Assembly: GCA_965277805.1 (NCBI GenBank)
Contig: OZ255842.1
Span: 480,001-544,000 of the forward strand
DNA length: 64,000 bases
Source of the DNA: Candidatus Lustribacter sp.
GTDB lineage: Bacteria > Vulcanimicrobiota > Vulcanimicrobiia > Vulcanimicrobiales > Vulcanimicrobiaceae
Direction: 5' to 3'
Position 1 is the stretch's first letter. Every line of letters begins with the position of its first letter. Below the pieces are notes generated by a model that saw only the letters and a list, made by a program, of their open reading frames with translations, made no database searches and was not told where the DNA came from. The position numbers and the translations under genes were made by a program. Below, piece by piece: positions 18,065 through 27,796 of the stretch.

Positions 18065-18772
18065 TTAGTCGAAGAGCGATGGTGTTGCTATCGCGGTATC
18101 CGCAACCGGCTTGATCAGGGCTTCGTCGTCGAAGCGCGCGTTGCCGACGCGCGGTGCGACCGGGTTTGCGGTCCACCATTCCGGCGGGCTCGGCGTCAGC
18201 AACGCAAAGAGCGACTCCGAGTCGCGCTCGCCTTCTGCGAGCCATTCACGCGCGCGCTCGACGTCGAGAACGGCCGGCATGCGCGAATGGATCGTCGCCA
18301 TGAACGCGTTGGCCGGTTGCGTGACGATCGTCGCGCTGGTGAGCGTTTCATCGCCCGCCGGCGAGGTCCACACGTCCCACAGGCCGGCAAACACGAACGG
18401 CTCGTCGTCCGCGCGGTGAATCCACAGCGGCGTCTTGCCGCCGTCGGGGTCGGTACGCCATTCATAGAAGCCGTCGGCGAAGATCGCACAGCGGCGTGTG
18501 TGAAACGCGTCGCGATAGGTCGGCGCTTTGGCGATCGTCTCGATGCGCGCGTTGAAGGTCGAGAGCTTTACCGCCGACGGGTGCTCGGCGTGCGGCGGCA
18601 CGAGTCCCCAGCGCACCTCTTCGACGCTGCGGTCAGCATCGTTGAGGACGGCGACGATCGGCTGCGTCGGCGCGATGTTGAAGCGGCTACGCAGCGAGCG
18701 CGCGACGCTCTTGCTGCCGAGCGTCTTTGCGAGCGGCCAGGGCGGTTTGCGCAGTGTGAAACGGGCGCACAT
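18065..18772 (-). CDS. SOS response-associated peptidase (SRAP/HMCES/YedK family)
   Basis: N-terminal MCARF (catalytic Cys2), RFNIAPTQ, RWGLVP, NARIET, ADGFYEW, HSRMP. Confidence 0.92.
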   Translation of the reverse strand: MCARFTLRKPPWPLAKTLGSKSVARSLRSRFNIAPTQPIVAVLNDADRSVEEVRWGLVPPHAEHPSAVKLSTFNARIETIAKAPTYRDAFHTRRCAIFADGFYEWRTDPDGGKTPLWIHRADDEPFVFAGLWDVWTSPAGDETLTSATIVTQPANAFMATIHSRMPAVLDVERAREWLAEGERDSESLFALLTPSPPEWWTANPVAPRVGNARFDDEALIKPVADTAIATPSLFD

Positions 18773-19339
18773 TCACTTCGCGCCCTGCCACCGCCGGAAG
18801 AGGTCGTTGTCGATGTTGAATTGATCGAGCACCTTGCCGACCGTGTGGTTCACGACGTCTTCGATCGTCTTCGGCCGGGAGTACGTGCCCGGAACCGGCG
18901 GCAAGATGATCGCGCCGGCTTCGGCCGCACGCGTGAGGTTGCGCAGGTGGTTGACGTGCAGCGGCGTCTCACGCACCACCAGCACCAGCGTGCGGCGTTC
19001 CTTGAGGCAAACGTCGGCGGCGCGTACGAGCAGGTTGTCGTTGAGCGAGTAGGCGATCGCCGAGGCCGAGCGCATCGAGCACGGCACCACGATCATGCCG
19101 TCGGTCTTGAACGATCCCGACGAAATCGACGCAGCTAAGTTGCCGCTGTCGTGCAGCACGTCGGCGTAGGCTTCCAATTCGGGCGGCTTGACGTCGGTCT
19201 CGAGTTCGACCGTTTGTTTGGCCTGCGGTGAGATCACGAGGTGGACCTCGATGCCGCCGATCGCGCGCAGTGCCTTCAACGTTTGGATCGCATAGATGCT
19301 GCCGCTGGCACCCGACACACCGACGATGATTCTGCGCAT
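18773..19339 (-). CDS. ubiX: Flavin prenyltransferase
   Basis: IIVGVSGASG, ISSGSF, PCSM, RAADVCLKERR, RETPL, PPVP. Confidence 0.93.
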   Translation of the reverse strand: MRRIIVGVSGASGSIYAIQTLKALRAIGGIEVHLVISPQAKQTVELETDVKPPELEAYADVLHDSGNLAASISSGSFKTDGMIVVPCSMRSASAIAYSLNDNLLVRAADVCLKERRTLVLVVRETPLHVNHLRNLTRAAEAGAIILPPVPGTYSRPKTIEDVVNHTVGKVLDQFNIDNDLFRRWQGAK

Positions 19340-19394
19340 TACCGCACCGTTTCCGGGGCATGGACGCCGAACCTCCGGGGGGAAGGATCGGGCC

Positions 19395-20204
19395 ATGAAC
19401 GGCAACGGTTCCGGCGCCAAGACGGTCGCCGTCCTGGGGCTCGGCGAAGCCGGCTCGCTGCTGGCGCGCGACCTGGTCCGCGGCGGCGCCATCGTGCGCG
19501 GCTGGGATCCCGATTTTCACGGCGACCTGAGCGAGATTCCGCGCGCTGCAAGCGCCGCTGCCGCCGTCAGCGGCGCCGACGTCGTCATCTCGGTGAACTG
19601 GGCAACCGTCGCCGCCGATGTGGCGCGCGACGCGGTACCGCACCTGCATCGCGGGATGATCTACGCCGATCACAACACCTCGAGTCCGAAACTCAAGCAA
19701 GAACTCGCGGCGATCGTTGCGCCGAGCGGCGCAGCGTTCATCGACGTTGCGATGATGGCGCCGGTGCCGCCGCTCGGGATGCGCGTGGGGATGTTCATGG
19801 CCGGCGACGGCGCGGAAGAACTGGCCGCGTTCTACCGGCACTTCGGCACGCCGGTCGGATTCATCGGCACGAAGCCCGGCGAAGCGAACGCGCGCAAGTT
19901 GTGCCGTTCGGTGTTCTTCAAGGGCATGTCGTCGTCGATCTACGAAGCGCTCGAAGCGGCGCGCGCTGTCGGCGTTGAGGACTGGCTTCGTTCGGACATC
20001 ATCCGTACGCTGGTTGAAGCGGATGCATCGACGCTCGATCGCATCGTCGACGGCACGGAGAAGCACGCGGTCCGCCGCGCGCACGAGATGCGCGACGCCG
20101 AGGCGATGCTGCGCGAGCTGGGCACGCCGCTGACCATGGTGACGGCAACGGCCGAGTCGCTCGAACGGATCGCCGGCGAGAAGAAGGTCCCCGCGCACCG
20201 GTGA
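19395..20204 (+). CDS. NAD(P)-dependent oxidoreductase (6PGDH/HIBADH-like with DUF1932 C-terminus)
   Basis: LGLGEAG, DVAMMAPVPP, KLCRSVFFKG, HAVRRAHEM. Confidence 0.8.
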   Translation: MNGNGSGAKTVAVLGLGEAGSLLARDLVRGGAIVRGWDPDFHGDLSEIPRAASAAAAVSGADVVISVNWATVAADVARDAVPHLHRGMIYADHNTSSPKLKQELAAIVAPSGAAFIDVAMMAPVPPLGMRVGMFMAGDGAEELAAFYRHFGTPVGFIGTKPGEANARKLCRSVFFKGMSSSIYEALEAARAVGVEDWLRSDIIRTLVEADASTLDRIVDGTEKHAVRRAHEMRDAEAMLRELGTPLTMVTATAESLERIAGEKKVPAHR

Positions 20205-20995
20205 TGGGTGCACCGGCGATCGTCCTGCGGGACGTCGGCAAGGTTTTCGTGCGCGACGACGGCACGGCCGTCGCGGTGCTCGAGCACGTCAGCTTCGAAA
20301 TCGCCGCCGGCAGTTTCGTGTGCCTCGTCGGCCGCAGCGGCAGCGGCAAATCGACGATCCTCAACATGATCGCCGGATTGCTCGAACCCACGAGCGGAAC
20401 GATCGCCTTCGCCGACGGCGTCACCAAACGGCCGCGCCTCGACATCGGCTATCTGACGCAGAAGGAAACGCTGCTGCCATGGCGCGACCTGCTGCACAAC
20501 GTCGCGATGCCGCTCGAAGTGCGCGGCGTCGATAAAGCGCAACGCGAAGCGCGCGCCCGCGAGCTCATTCGCCGCGTCGGACTCACCGACGCGGAAAAAC
20601 GCTATCCGCGCGAGCTCTCGGGCGGCATGTCGCGACGCGCCTCGCTCGCGCGCATGCTGGCAAGCGACCCGGCCACGCTCTTGCTGGACGAGCCCTTCGG
20701 TGCGCTCGACGCGCAGCTGCGCGGCGACCTGCAAGCCGAGCTGCTGCAGCTCTGGCAGGGCAGCGGCAAGACGATCGTGTTCGTGACGCACGACATCGAC
20801 GAAGCGCTGCTGCTGGCCGATCGCGTGATCGCGCTGCAGTCCGGCGGCCGCATCGCGGTCGACGTCGAGCTGCCGCCGGCGCGGCCGCGCAGTCAGCGCG
20901 AAGTCCGCTTCGGCCCCGAGTTCATCGCGCTGCACGAGCGATTGCTCGACGCGCTCACCACCGACCCCGGCGCGCGCAGCGCCGCCGCCGTATGA
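20201..20995 (+). CDS. ABC transporter ATP-binding protein (NitT/TauT type)
   Basis: GRSGSGKST, LSGGM, LLLDEPFGALD, VTHD. Confidence 0.93.
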   Translation: MMGAPAIVLRDVGKVFVRDDGTAVAVLEHVSFEIAAGSFVCLVGRSGSGKSTILNMIAGLLEPTSGTIAFADGVTKRPRLDIGYLTQKETLLPWRDLLHNVAMPLEVRGVDKAQREARARELIRRVGLTDAEKRYPRELSGGMSRRASLARMLASDPATLLLDEPFGALDAQLRGDLQAELLQLWQGSGKTIVFVTHDIDEALLLADRVIALQSGGRIAVDVELPPARPRSQREVRFGPEFIALHERLLDALTTDPGARSAAAV

Positions 20996-21819
20996 ACGCG
21001 ACGCTCTCGGCGGTCGAATCGCGCCGCAACGTGCGCGCGCGCCACAACCTGCGCATCCTTCTCGCGCGCACCGCACTTTTCATCGCCGTCGTCGGATTGT
21101 GGCAGCTCGGCTCGAATCTCAACCTGATCGATGCCACCGTCGTGCCGAGCCCGCTCGCCATCGGCGCGAGCCTGTGGAAGATTACCCTCAACGGTCAGCT
21201 CGTCTTTCACTCGTGGATCACGATCCAGGAAACGATCGCGGGCTTCTTGATCGGCGCGATCGGCGGCATCGTCCTGGGCTTCGCGATCGGGCGTTATCCC
21301 GCGCTCGCCGAAGTGCTCGACCCGTTCATCCTGGCGATCTACAGCGTGCCCAAGGTCGCGCTCGCGCCCCTGTTCGTCGTCTGGTTCGGCATCGGCATCT
21401 TCATGAAGATCGTGCTGGCGGCGGTGACGGTGCTGTTCATCGTGTTCTTCAACACCCTGGCCGGCGTGCGCAACGTCGATCGCGACCTGGTTGACGCCGT
21501 CTGGCTCATGGGCGCCAAACCGCGCGACGTACTCTTCAAAGTGCTGGTGCCCTCGGCGATGAGCTGGGCCCTCACGGGCGTGCGCATCTCGATTCCCTAC
21601 GCGCTGATCGGTGCGATCATCGGCGAGCTGATCGCCTCGAACCGCGGGATCGGCTACCTGATCTCATCGGCCGCTTCGGCTTACGATACGGCGGGCGTCT
21701 TCGCCGCGCTCATCGTATTAACGGTGCTGGCGATGCTACTCAACGCCGTCGTCGACGAGATCGACCGCCGCCTTTCCAAGTGGAAAGTCGACGCTTCCGT
21801 GAGCATACGAGGAACGTAA
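20992..21819 (+). CDS. ABC transporter permease (NitT/TauT type)
   Basis: PKVALAPLFVVWFGIG, EAA-like loop, GELIASNRGIG. Confidence 0.92.
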   Translation: MNATLSAVESRRNVRARHNLRILLARTALFIAVVGLWQLGSNLNLIDATVVPSPLAIGASLWKITLNGQLVFHSWITIQETIAGFLIGAIGGIVLGFAIGRYPALAEVLDPFILAIYSVPKVALAPLFVVWFGIGIFMKIVLAAVTVLFIVFFNTLAGVRNVDRDLVDAVWLMGAKPRDVLFKVLVPSAMSWALTGVRISIPYALIGAIIGELIASNRGIGYLISSAASAYDTAGVFAALIVLTVLAMLLNAVVDEIDRRLSKWKVDASVSIRGT

Positions 21820-21822
21820 CCC

Positions 21823-22860
21823 ATGCAAGTCACGCGCAAACACGCCCTTACCGCGCTGGGCGGCGCCGCTACGGCGGTCGCGTTCCCGGCGATCGTGCGC
21901 TCGGCAACGCAGTCGCTGCAGGTCGGGCAAATCGGCAATTCGGTCGCCTTCTTCCCGGTCTTCGCGGCCGACAAGCTGGGCTATTACAAGGATGCCGGCC
22001 TCGACGTCACGGCGACTTCGTTCTCCACCGGGACGCTCGTCGGCACGGCGGTCACCTCCAACAGCATCGATATCGGCAACTCGGTGATCACCGACGTCTT
22101 CGCGCTGCTCAAGGCAAACCGGCCGGTGAAGCTGATCGGCTCGCTCTGCGACGCATACTACATCGACATCGTCGCTTCGAATCAGTTCCTCGCTGCCACC
22201 AAGCTGACGCGCGCGAGCAGCCTTGCCGACAAAATCAACGGGCTCAAGGGCAAGCGCGTGGGCATCACCGGACCGGGTTCGGGAACGCAAGCGCTGGTCG
22301 ATTATATCTTCCGCCTGCAAGGGCTCGACTCGACGCGCGACGTCGAACTCGTAAACGTCGGCGCCGATCAAAGTGCCGTGCTGCAAACGATGAAAACGGG
22401 ACGCATCGATGCGGTGTCCTTCGCCTGGCCGATGACGATGATCGCCGAGGCGAACAACATCGGCAAAGGGTTCATCGTGCCGGCGGCCGGCGACGTGCCC
22501 TCGATGCGCGATCAAGTGCAAGGCGTGATCTACGCGAAGCCCGACGTCATCGCGAAACGGCAGGATGCCGTCGTCGCATACGTGCACGCGATCGCGCGCG
22601 CCGAAACCTATATCCACCAAAACACGAACCAGGCGCGCGGCTTGCTCAAGCAGTACGACGGCGCGCTAAGCGATCCCGCGATCGAGGCGTTGCTGGCGGC
22701 CTATGTTCCGGCGCTGCCGCATCAAGCCGATATTGCGGCCAACAGCTACGAGAAAGCCCTGCAATTCCACCGCTTGACCGGCTTTGCCGGCCCGGCGGGC
22801 AACACGTTCCCCGAGGTCGTCGACTCGACGACCATGCTGAAAGCGACCCGCCGCTCATGA
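21823..22860 (+). CDS. ABC substrate-binding protein, SsuA/NMT1-THI5 type
   Basis: TRKHAL leader, GYYKDAGLDV, LKGKRVGITGPGS, GRIDA. Confidence 0.87.
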   Translation: MQVTRKHALTALGGAATAVAFPAIVRSATQSLQVGQIGNSVAFFPVFAADKLGYYKDAGLDVTATSFSTGTLVGTAVTSNSIDIGNSVITDVFALLKANRPVKLIGSLCDAYYIDIVASNQFLAATKLTRASSLADKINGLKGKRVGITGPGSGTQALVDYIFRLQGLDSTRDVELVNVGADQSAVLQTMKTGRIDAVSFAWPMTMIAEANNIGKGFIVPAAGDVPSMRDQVQGVIYAKPDVIAKRQDAVVAYVHAIARAETYIHQNTNQARGLLKQYDGALSDPAIEALLAAYVPALPHQADIAANSYEKALQFHRLTGFAGPAGNTFPEVVDSTTMLKATRRS

Positions 22861-23756
22861 AACTTTGCCGCTTTGGAGAAAACCGCTACGGGGTCGTCCG
22901 CGACGGCCAGGTCTACGACGTCACCGAACGCGTTGCGAAGGCGGTCGTTGCCGCACCGCTGCAGCGCGGCGACGCCGCGATCGTGAACCTCGAGGCGATC
23001 GTGCGCCTCGTTGAGGGCGCGAAGCTCGGCGAGCCCGTGGGCGCCGCCGACAACACGAAATTCTTAGCGCCGGTGATCAATCCGACGAAGATCGTCTGCG
23101 CGCCGGTGAACTACGAAGCGCACATTGCCGAATCGGAAGCCGATCCCGGCATTACGTTCAACCACGCGGTCGCGCGCATCGATAAAGCCGGCCTGTTTCT
23201 CAAGGCATCGAGCGCGCTCATCGGTCCGAGCGAGGGCGTGGCCGTGCGCTTCTCCGACCGCCGAACCGATCACGAGATCGAACTCGGCGTGGTCATCGGC
23301 CGCGAGTGCCGCAACGTTTCGGAGAAAGACGCGCTCGACGTCGTGGCCGGCTACGCGATCGCGCTCGACATGACCGTGCGCGGCACGGAAGACCGCAGCT
23401 TCCGCAAGTCGATCGATTCGTACGCCGTCCTCGGTCCGTGGCTCGTGACGCCGGACGAACTGCCCGAACCCGACAGCGTCGACTTTTCGCTCAAGGTCAA
23501 CGGCGAAGTGCGTCAACAGTCCAACACGCGCCACCTGATCTTCAAGACGCGCAAGCTGATCGCGTGGGCGTCGAACTGGTACACACTCTATCCGGGCGAC
23601 ATCATCATGACGGGAACGCCCGAAGGCGTCAGCCCGGTCGCTCCGGGCGACGTGATGGATTGCGAGATGCAGTATATCGGCAAGATGCGCGTGGACGTGC
23701 GCGCCGCGGCGGTGTACACGAGCGACAGCCACGCATCGGAAGTGCTGGTGGGATGA
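22857..23756 (+). CDS. Fumarylacetoacetate hydrolase family protein
   Basis: KIVCAPVNY, FLKASS, DHEIELGVVIG, LGPWLVT, LYPGDIIMTGTPEGV. Confidence 0.9.
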   Translation: MKLCRFGENRYGVVRDGQVYDVTERVAKAVVAAPLQRGDAAIVNLEAIVRLVEGAKLGEPVGAADNTKFLAPVINPTKIVCAPVNYEAHIAESEADPGITFNHAVARIDKAGLFLKASSALIGPSEGVAVRFSDRRTDHEIELGVVIGRECRNVSEKDALDVVAGYAIALDMTVRGTEDRSFRKSIDSYAVLGPWLVTPDELPEPDSVDFSLKVNGEVRQQSNTRHLIFKTRKLIAWASNWYTLYPGDIIMTGTPEGVSPVAPGDVMDCEMQYIGKMRVDVRAAAVYTSDSHASEVLVG

Positions 23757-24958
23757 CCGCCGACCGCGTCATCGTCGCCGGCGGCGGCCCCGTCGGGCTG
23801 ATGACGGCGCTCGGGCTCGCGCATGCCGGCGTGCCGGTGCTGCTCGTCGAGCAAGAGCCGGCGCTCACCGTCGATTTGCGCGCCGGCTCGTACCATCCGC
23901 CGACGCTCGAAGCGATGGCGCCCTACGGCATCACCGATCGCATGCTCGAGCGCGGCATCAAGGTGCGTCACTGGCAGATCCGCGATCGCAAGAATCCGGC
24001 CTGGGTAGCCAACTGGGATCTCGGCCTGATCGCCGATCTTACGCCCTATCCGTACCGCCTGCACCTCGAGCAGCACCGGCTTACGCCGATCATTCTCGAT
24101 TTCTTGCGCCGCGAGCCGTTGGCGGAAGTGCAGTTCAACGCGCGCTTCGTCGACGTCGAGCAAACGGCTGACGGCGTGCGCGTGAGCTACGAACACAACG
24201 GCGAACCGGCGGTTGCCGAGGGTGCGTATCTGATCGGCGCCGACGGCGGCCGCAGCAACGTGCGCAAGGCGATCGCGATGCCCTTCGAGGGTTTCACTTG
24301 GGACGAGCGCTTCATGGTGATCAGCACCTCGTTCGATTTTCAAACGCGCGGCTACGCCAAGAACGTCTACCTTGCCGACCCCGATCAGTGGGCAACGCTC
24401 TTCCAAATGCCCGGCGACGTCACGCCGTATTGGCGCATCGTGATCCCGACCGACATCAACACCCCCGAGGACGTCATCGCGGCACCAGACGCGGTCGAGG
24501 CGTGGCTGCAAAACTTCGAACCGCGCGATGAGCCCTACGAGGTGCTTTACAACAGCTTTTATCGCGTGCACCAGCGCGTGGCGCAGAACTTCCGTAGCGG
24601 TCGCGTGCTCTTAGCCGGCGATGCCGCGCATCTGAACAACCCGCTCGGCGCGTTCGGGCTCAACAGCGGCATCCAAGACGCAGCCAACCTGATCCCGAAA
24701 CTCGCCGCCGTCTGGCACGGCACGGCGCCGGATACGCTGCTCGACGTCTACGATCGCCAGCGGCACACCGCCACGGTCGAGCACGTCCAGGCGAACTCGA
24801 TCGCCAACAAACGCACGATGGAAGAGCGCGACCCCGCCTTACGCAAGGCCCACTTCGAAGAACTCGTCCACACGGCCGAAACCCCCGAACTCGCGCGCCG
24901 CTTCCTCATCAACTCCTCAATGATCGCCGCCGTCCAACGCGCCGCCGAAGTCGCCTAG
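23753..24958 (+). CDS. FAD-dependent aromatic monooxygenase (MhpA/PheA-like)
   Basis: GGGPVG, IGADGGRS, GRVLLAGDAAH, GLNSGIQDA. Confidence 0.88.
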   Translation: MTADRVIVAGGGPVGLMTALGLAHAGVPVLLVEQEPALTVDLRAGSYHPPTLEAMAPYGITDRMLERGIKVRHWQIRDRKNPAWVANWDLGLIADLTPYPYRLHLEQHRLTPIILDFLRREPLAEVQFNARFVDVEQTADGVRVSYEHNGEPAVAEGAYLIGADGGRSNVRKAIAMPFEGFTWDERFMVISTSFDFQTRGYAKNVYLADPDQWATLFQMPGDVTPYWRIVIPTDINTPEDVIAAPDAVEAWLQNFEPRDEPYEVLYNSFYRVHQRVAQNFRSGRVLLAGDAAHLNNPLGAFGLNSGIQDAANLIPKLAAVWHGTAPDTLLDVYDRQRHTATVEHVQANSIANKRTMEERDPALRKAHFEELVHTAETPELARRFLINSSMIAAVQRAAEVA

Positions 24959-24962
24959 CTCA

Positions 24963-24975
24963 GCTCGGGATGACA
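24963..24975 (+). repeat. Remnant arm of the 17566-17695 palindromic element
   Basis: GCTCGGGATGACA versus GCTCGGAATGACA (12/13), in a 20-bp convergent intergenic gap. Confidence 0.5.
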
Positions 24976-24978
24976 GAC

Positions 24979-25578
24979 CTACGGGTCGGTGGTTAGTTTG
25001 TAGTCGTTGAATGTGGCGTGGGCGGTGACGTGATAGCCGGGCACTTGAATGTCGGCGTCTTCGCTTTGCGGGACCGGGTAGCCGTTGATCTCGATCGGGT
25101 TGACGTCGACTTGAATCGCGCCGCCGTTCACGTACGACCATTTGACCTGACGTAATCCGTCCTGATCGATTTCGGCGTGCACGCCGCGCACGTGGCCGTC
25201 GGTCCGGTCCTTCATTTCGAGGATCGAACGCGTGCCGTTCTGCATCAAGCTGACGACATCGTAGGTCGCCGGCCACGTGACCGGTTCCAACGGATCCATC
25301 TTGATATTTTCGAAGCCCTTACCGAACCACGGCACGTTGCGAAAATGGACCGAGTAGAGATTCGGCCGTTCGTATTTGCCGGTGCCTTCCAGGTGGACGC
25401 CGATGTACGGAAAGGTCCGTAACTTGAAGTCGACGTGAAGATCAAAGGTATAGGAACGCACCGCGGACGTGCGGGCGCCGGTCATCGCAAAGACGCGGGC
25501 AGCCTCGTCGGGTGGTCCCTCTGCTAAGAGGACAACCGACGCCAGAAGCGCGGCAATCCCCCGGAAGACGGGGCCCAT
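24979..25578 (-). CDS. Hypothetical secreted beta-rich protein
   Basis: Signal-peptide-like N-terminus, natural composition, fills the gap. No motif recognised. Confidence 0.65.
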   Translation of the reverse strand: MGPVFRGIAALLASVVLLAEGPPDEAARVFAMTGARTSAVRSYTFDLHVDFKLRTFPYIGVHLEGTGKYERPNLYSVHFRNVPWFGKGFENIKMDPLEPVTWPATYDVVSLMQNGTRSILEMKDRTDGHVRGVHAEIDQDGLRQVKWSYVNGGAIQVDVNPIEINGYPVPQSEDADIQVPGYHVTAHATFNDYKLTTDP

Positions 25579-25678
25579 TGAGGCTCGGTTTCGTCGGAAG
25601 GCACAGCGTCCCTCGACGACGTAAATCGCACCAGGAACACTGAAACAACATTTTGTTGGCTAAACAGAGGGCAATTTC

Positions 25679-25897
25679 GTGTCCGACTTGTTCAATCAGA
25701 CTCGCCCCGGGCAGGCCTACGCACCCGAAGTGACCGCTTTCGGCGACGCGCTCGAGGCCGTAATGGCCGACGGCACCCACGATCTGGCCGGGATCGCGGC
25801 CGGGCTCAACGCGCGCCACGTCGCCGCCGGCGGCCGGTCGGACTGGACGCCCGAGACCCTCAGCGCCTATTTCGCCGAGCTGGCGAACGCGCGGTAA
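25679..25897 (+). CDS. Small recombinase-like HTH domain protein associated with Rieske oxygenases
   Basis: FGDALE...HDLAGIAAGLNA...WTPE pattern. AGAGGG SD. Directly upstream of the Rieske gene. Confidence 0.7.
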   Translation: MSDLFNQTRPGQAYAPEVTAFGDALEAVMADGTHDLAGIAAGLNARHVAAGGRSDWTPETLSAYFAELANAR

Positions 25898-25910
25898 GGA
25901 GCGCTCCGCA

Positions 25911-26984
25911 ATGCACACGATTTTCGATATCGCCGCTAAGCGGCCGCTCGCGATGTTGATGAAGGATCGTTGGGAAGACCAGATAGCCAATGAGGGCTTC
26001 CGCGGCTATTGGTATCCGCTCACCGCCTCGCGCAACGTCGGCACGGACCCGCTTGCGGTCGACCGGATGGGCGAACGCATCGCGCTGTGGCGCGACGCCG
26101 CGGGTAGCATACACGCGCAAGAAGACCGCTGTCCGCATCGCGGCGCGCGGCTCTCGCAAGGCCGGGTCAACGGCAGCACGATCGTGTGTCCGTATCACGG
26201 TATCTCGCTCGACGGCGACGGCCGCATCGTGAGCGTTCCGGCGTTGCCCGGCTGTCCGATCGAAGGCCGCCTCGCGCTGCGCACCTATGCGGTGGAAGAA
26301 ATCGCGGGCGCGATCTTCGCCTACTTCCCAACGCCCGCCGGTGAAGCGCCGCGGCCGTTCGACCCGCCGGCGGAGTTCACCGATCCGGCCTGGTCGCACT
26401 TCGTGTGCGAAACGTCCTGGAACACCAACTACCGTTACGCGATCGAGAACGTCATCGACCCGATGCACGGGCCGTATCTGCACGGCGATTCGCACACGAT
26501 GACGGTCGGCGCGAAGGACGACGTCATGGTGATCACCGACACCGACCACGGCTTCCGCGTCTCGCGCAAACTTCAGAAGGACGTAGCCTTCGACTGGACC
26601 GAGTTCGGCGAAACCGGCGGCCTCTGGATGCGGCTCGACATCCCCTATCCGGTGAAGAACGGACCGGGCGGCCCGTTTCGCGTGATCGGCTTCGCGACGC
26701 CGATCGACGAACGTCACGCGCAAATCTTTTTCTGGCGGCTGCGTAAGGTGAGCGGCTGGGAGCGCGATCTCTGGCGCTTCCTGTACCGCGAACGGCTCGA
26801 AGCGCGCCATTACGCGGTGCTCGAACAAGACCGCCTCGTGCTCGAAGGCATGGCCGACGACGCGCGCGAGCACGAGATCCTCTATCAGCACGACGTCGGC
26901 ATCACGCGCCTGCGCCGCCGTTTCAAAGCGATCGCGCGCGAACAGATCCAAGCGGTCACGGATCGCGTCGCGGTCGAAGCGTGA
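25911..26984 (+). CDS. Rieske oxygenase large subunit (VanA/TsaM-like)
   Basis: CPHRGARLS...CPYHG, ENVIDPMHGPYLH, LEQDR. SD AAGGAG. Confidence 0.9.
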   Translation: MHTIFDIAAKRPLAMLMKDRWEDQIANEGFRGYWYPLTASRNVGTDPLAVDRMGERIALWRDAAGSIHAQEDRCPHRGARLSQGRVNGSTIVCPYHGISLDGDGRIVSVPALPGCPIEGRLALRTYAVEEIAGAIFAYFPTPAGEAPRPFDPPAEFTDPAWSHFVCETSWNTNYRYAIENVIDPMHGPYLHGDSHTMTVGAKDDVMVITDTDHGFRVSRKLQKDVAFDWTEFGETGGLWMRLDIPYPVKNGPGGPFRVIGFATPIDERHAQIFFWRLRKVSGWERDLWRFLYRERLEARHYAVLEQDRLVLEGMADDAREHEILYQHDVGITRLRRRFKAIAREQIQAVTDRVAVEA

Positions 26985-27796
26985 ACGCCGAACCCGCGGA
27001 TAACACACCCGACGCGCGCTACAGCGTCCACTCGCTCGAACTGGGCCTGCGCATCTTGGAGAGCTTCGATCGCGATGCCGTCGACGAGATGAGCTTGAGC
27101 GAAATGGCGCGGCGCATCGGCGTGTCGCGTTCGTCCGCGTTCCGGCTCGTGCACACGCTGCAGCGTTTGGGTTATCTCGAGCGCGAAGACGAAACGAAAA
27201 ACTACCGGCTGGGCGCGCGGGTGATGTCGCTCGGCTATTCGTTCCTGGCCTCGAAGGACATCGCCGAATTGGCGCGTCCCAACCTGCAGCGCTTGCGCTC
27301 GGAGACGCATTGCTCCACGCATCTGGGCATCCTCGACGGCGCCGAGGTGATCTACATCGCGCGCTTCGCCGCGCACAAGCCGGTCAGCGCGATGATCGCA
27401 GTTGGAGCACGCGTGCCGGCGCACGCGACGACGATGGGCCGCATCATGCTCGCCTACAAACCGGTCGCGTACGTGCAGGAACACTTCAGCGGGCGGCCGC
27501 TGGCGAAATTCAGCGAGAGCACGCCGTTGACGTCCGACGCGCTCATCGCAATGCTGGCCGAGGATCGCAAGCGCGGCTACGTGATCAGCCACTCGAACTT
27601 CGAAGCCGGCATCGCCAGCATCGCGGCGCCGATTTTCGATGCCAAGGGCGAGGTCGTGGGCGCGATCAACGTGTCGACGCCGGAGAACGCGATCGACCGC
27701 GGCGCGTTCGACACGGCCGTTTGCGACGCGCTGCGGGCGGCCGCGCGCCGCATCTCGGAACTCTCGGGCTATCGCGAGGCGGCGGCCGTTTCGTGA
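26981..27796 (+). CDS. IclR-family transcriptional regulator
   Basis: SLELGLRIL, HTH, VGARVPAHATTMGR, SIAAPI. Confidence 0.92.
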   Translation: MNAEPADNTPDARYSVHSLELGLRILESFDRDAVDEMSLSEMARRIGVSRSSAFRLVHTLQRLGYLEREDETKNYRLGARVMSLGYSFLASKDIAELARPNLQRLRSETHCSTHLGILDGAEVIYIARFAAHKPVSAMIAVGARVPAHATTMGRIMLAYKPVAYVQEHFSGRPLAKFSESTPLTSDALIAMLAEDRKRGYVISHSNFEAGIASIAAPIFDAKGEVVGAINVSTPENAIDRGAFDTAVCDALRAAARRISELSGYREAAAVS

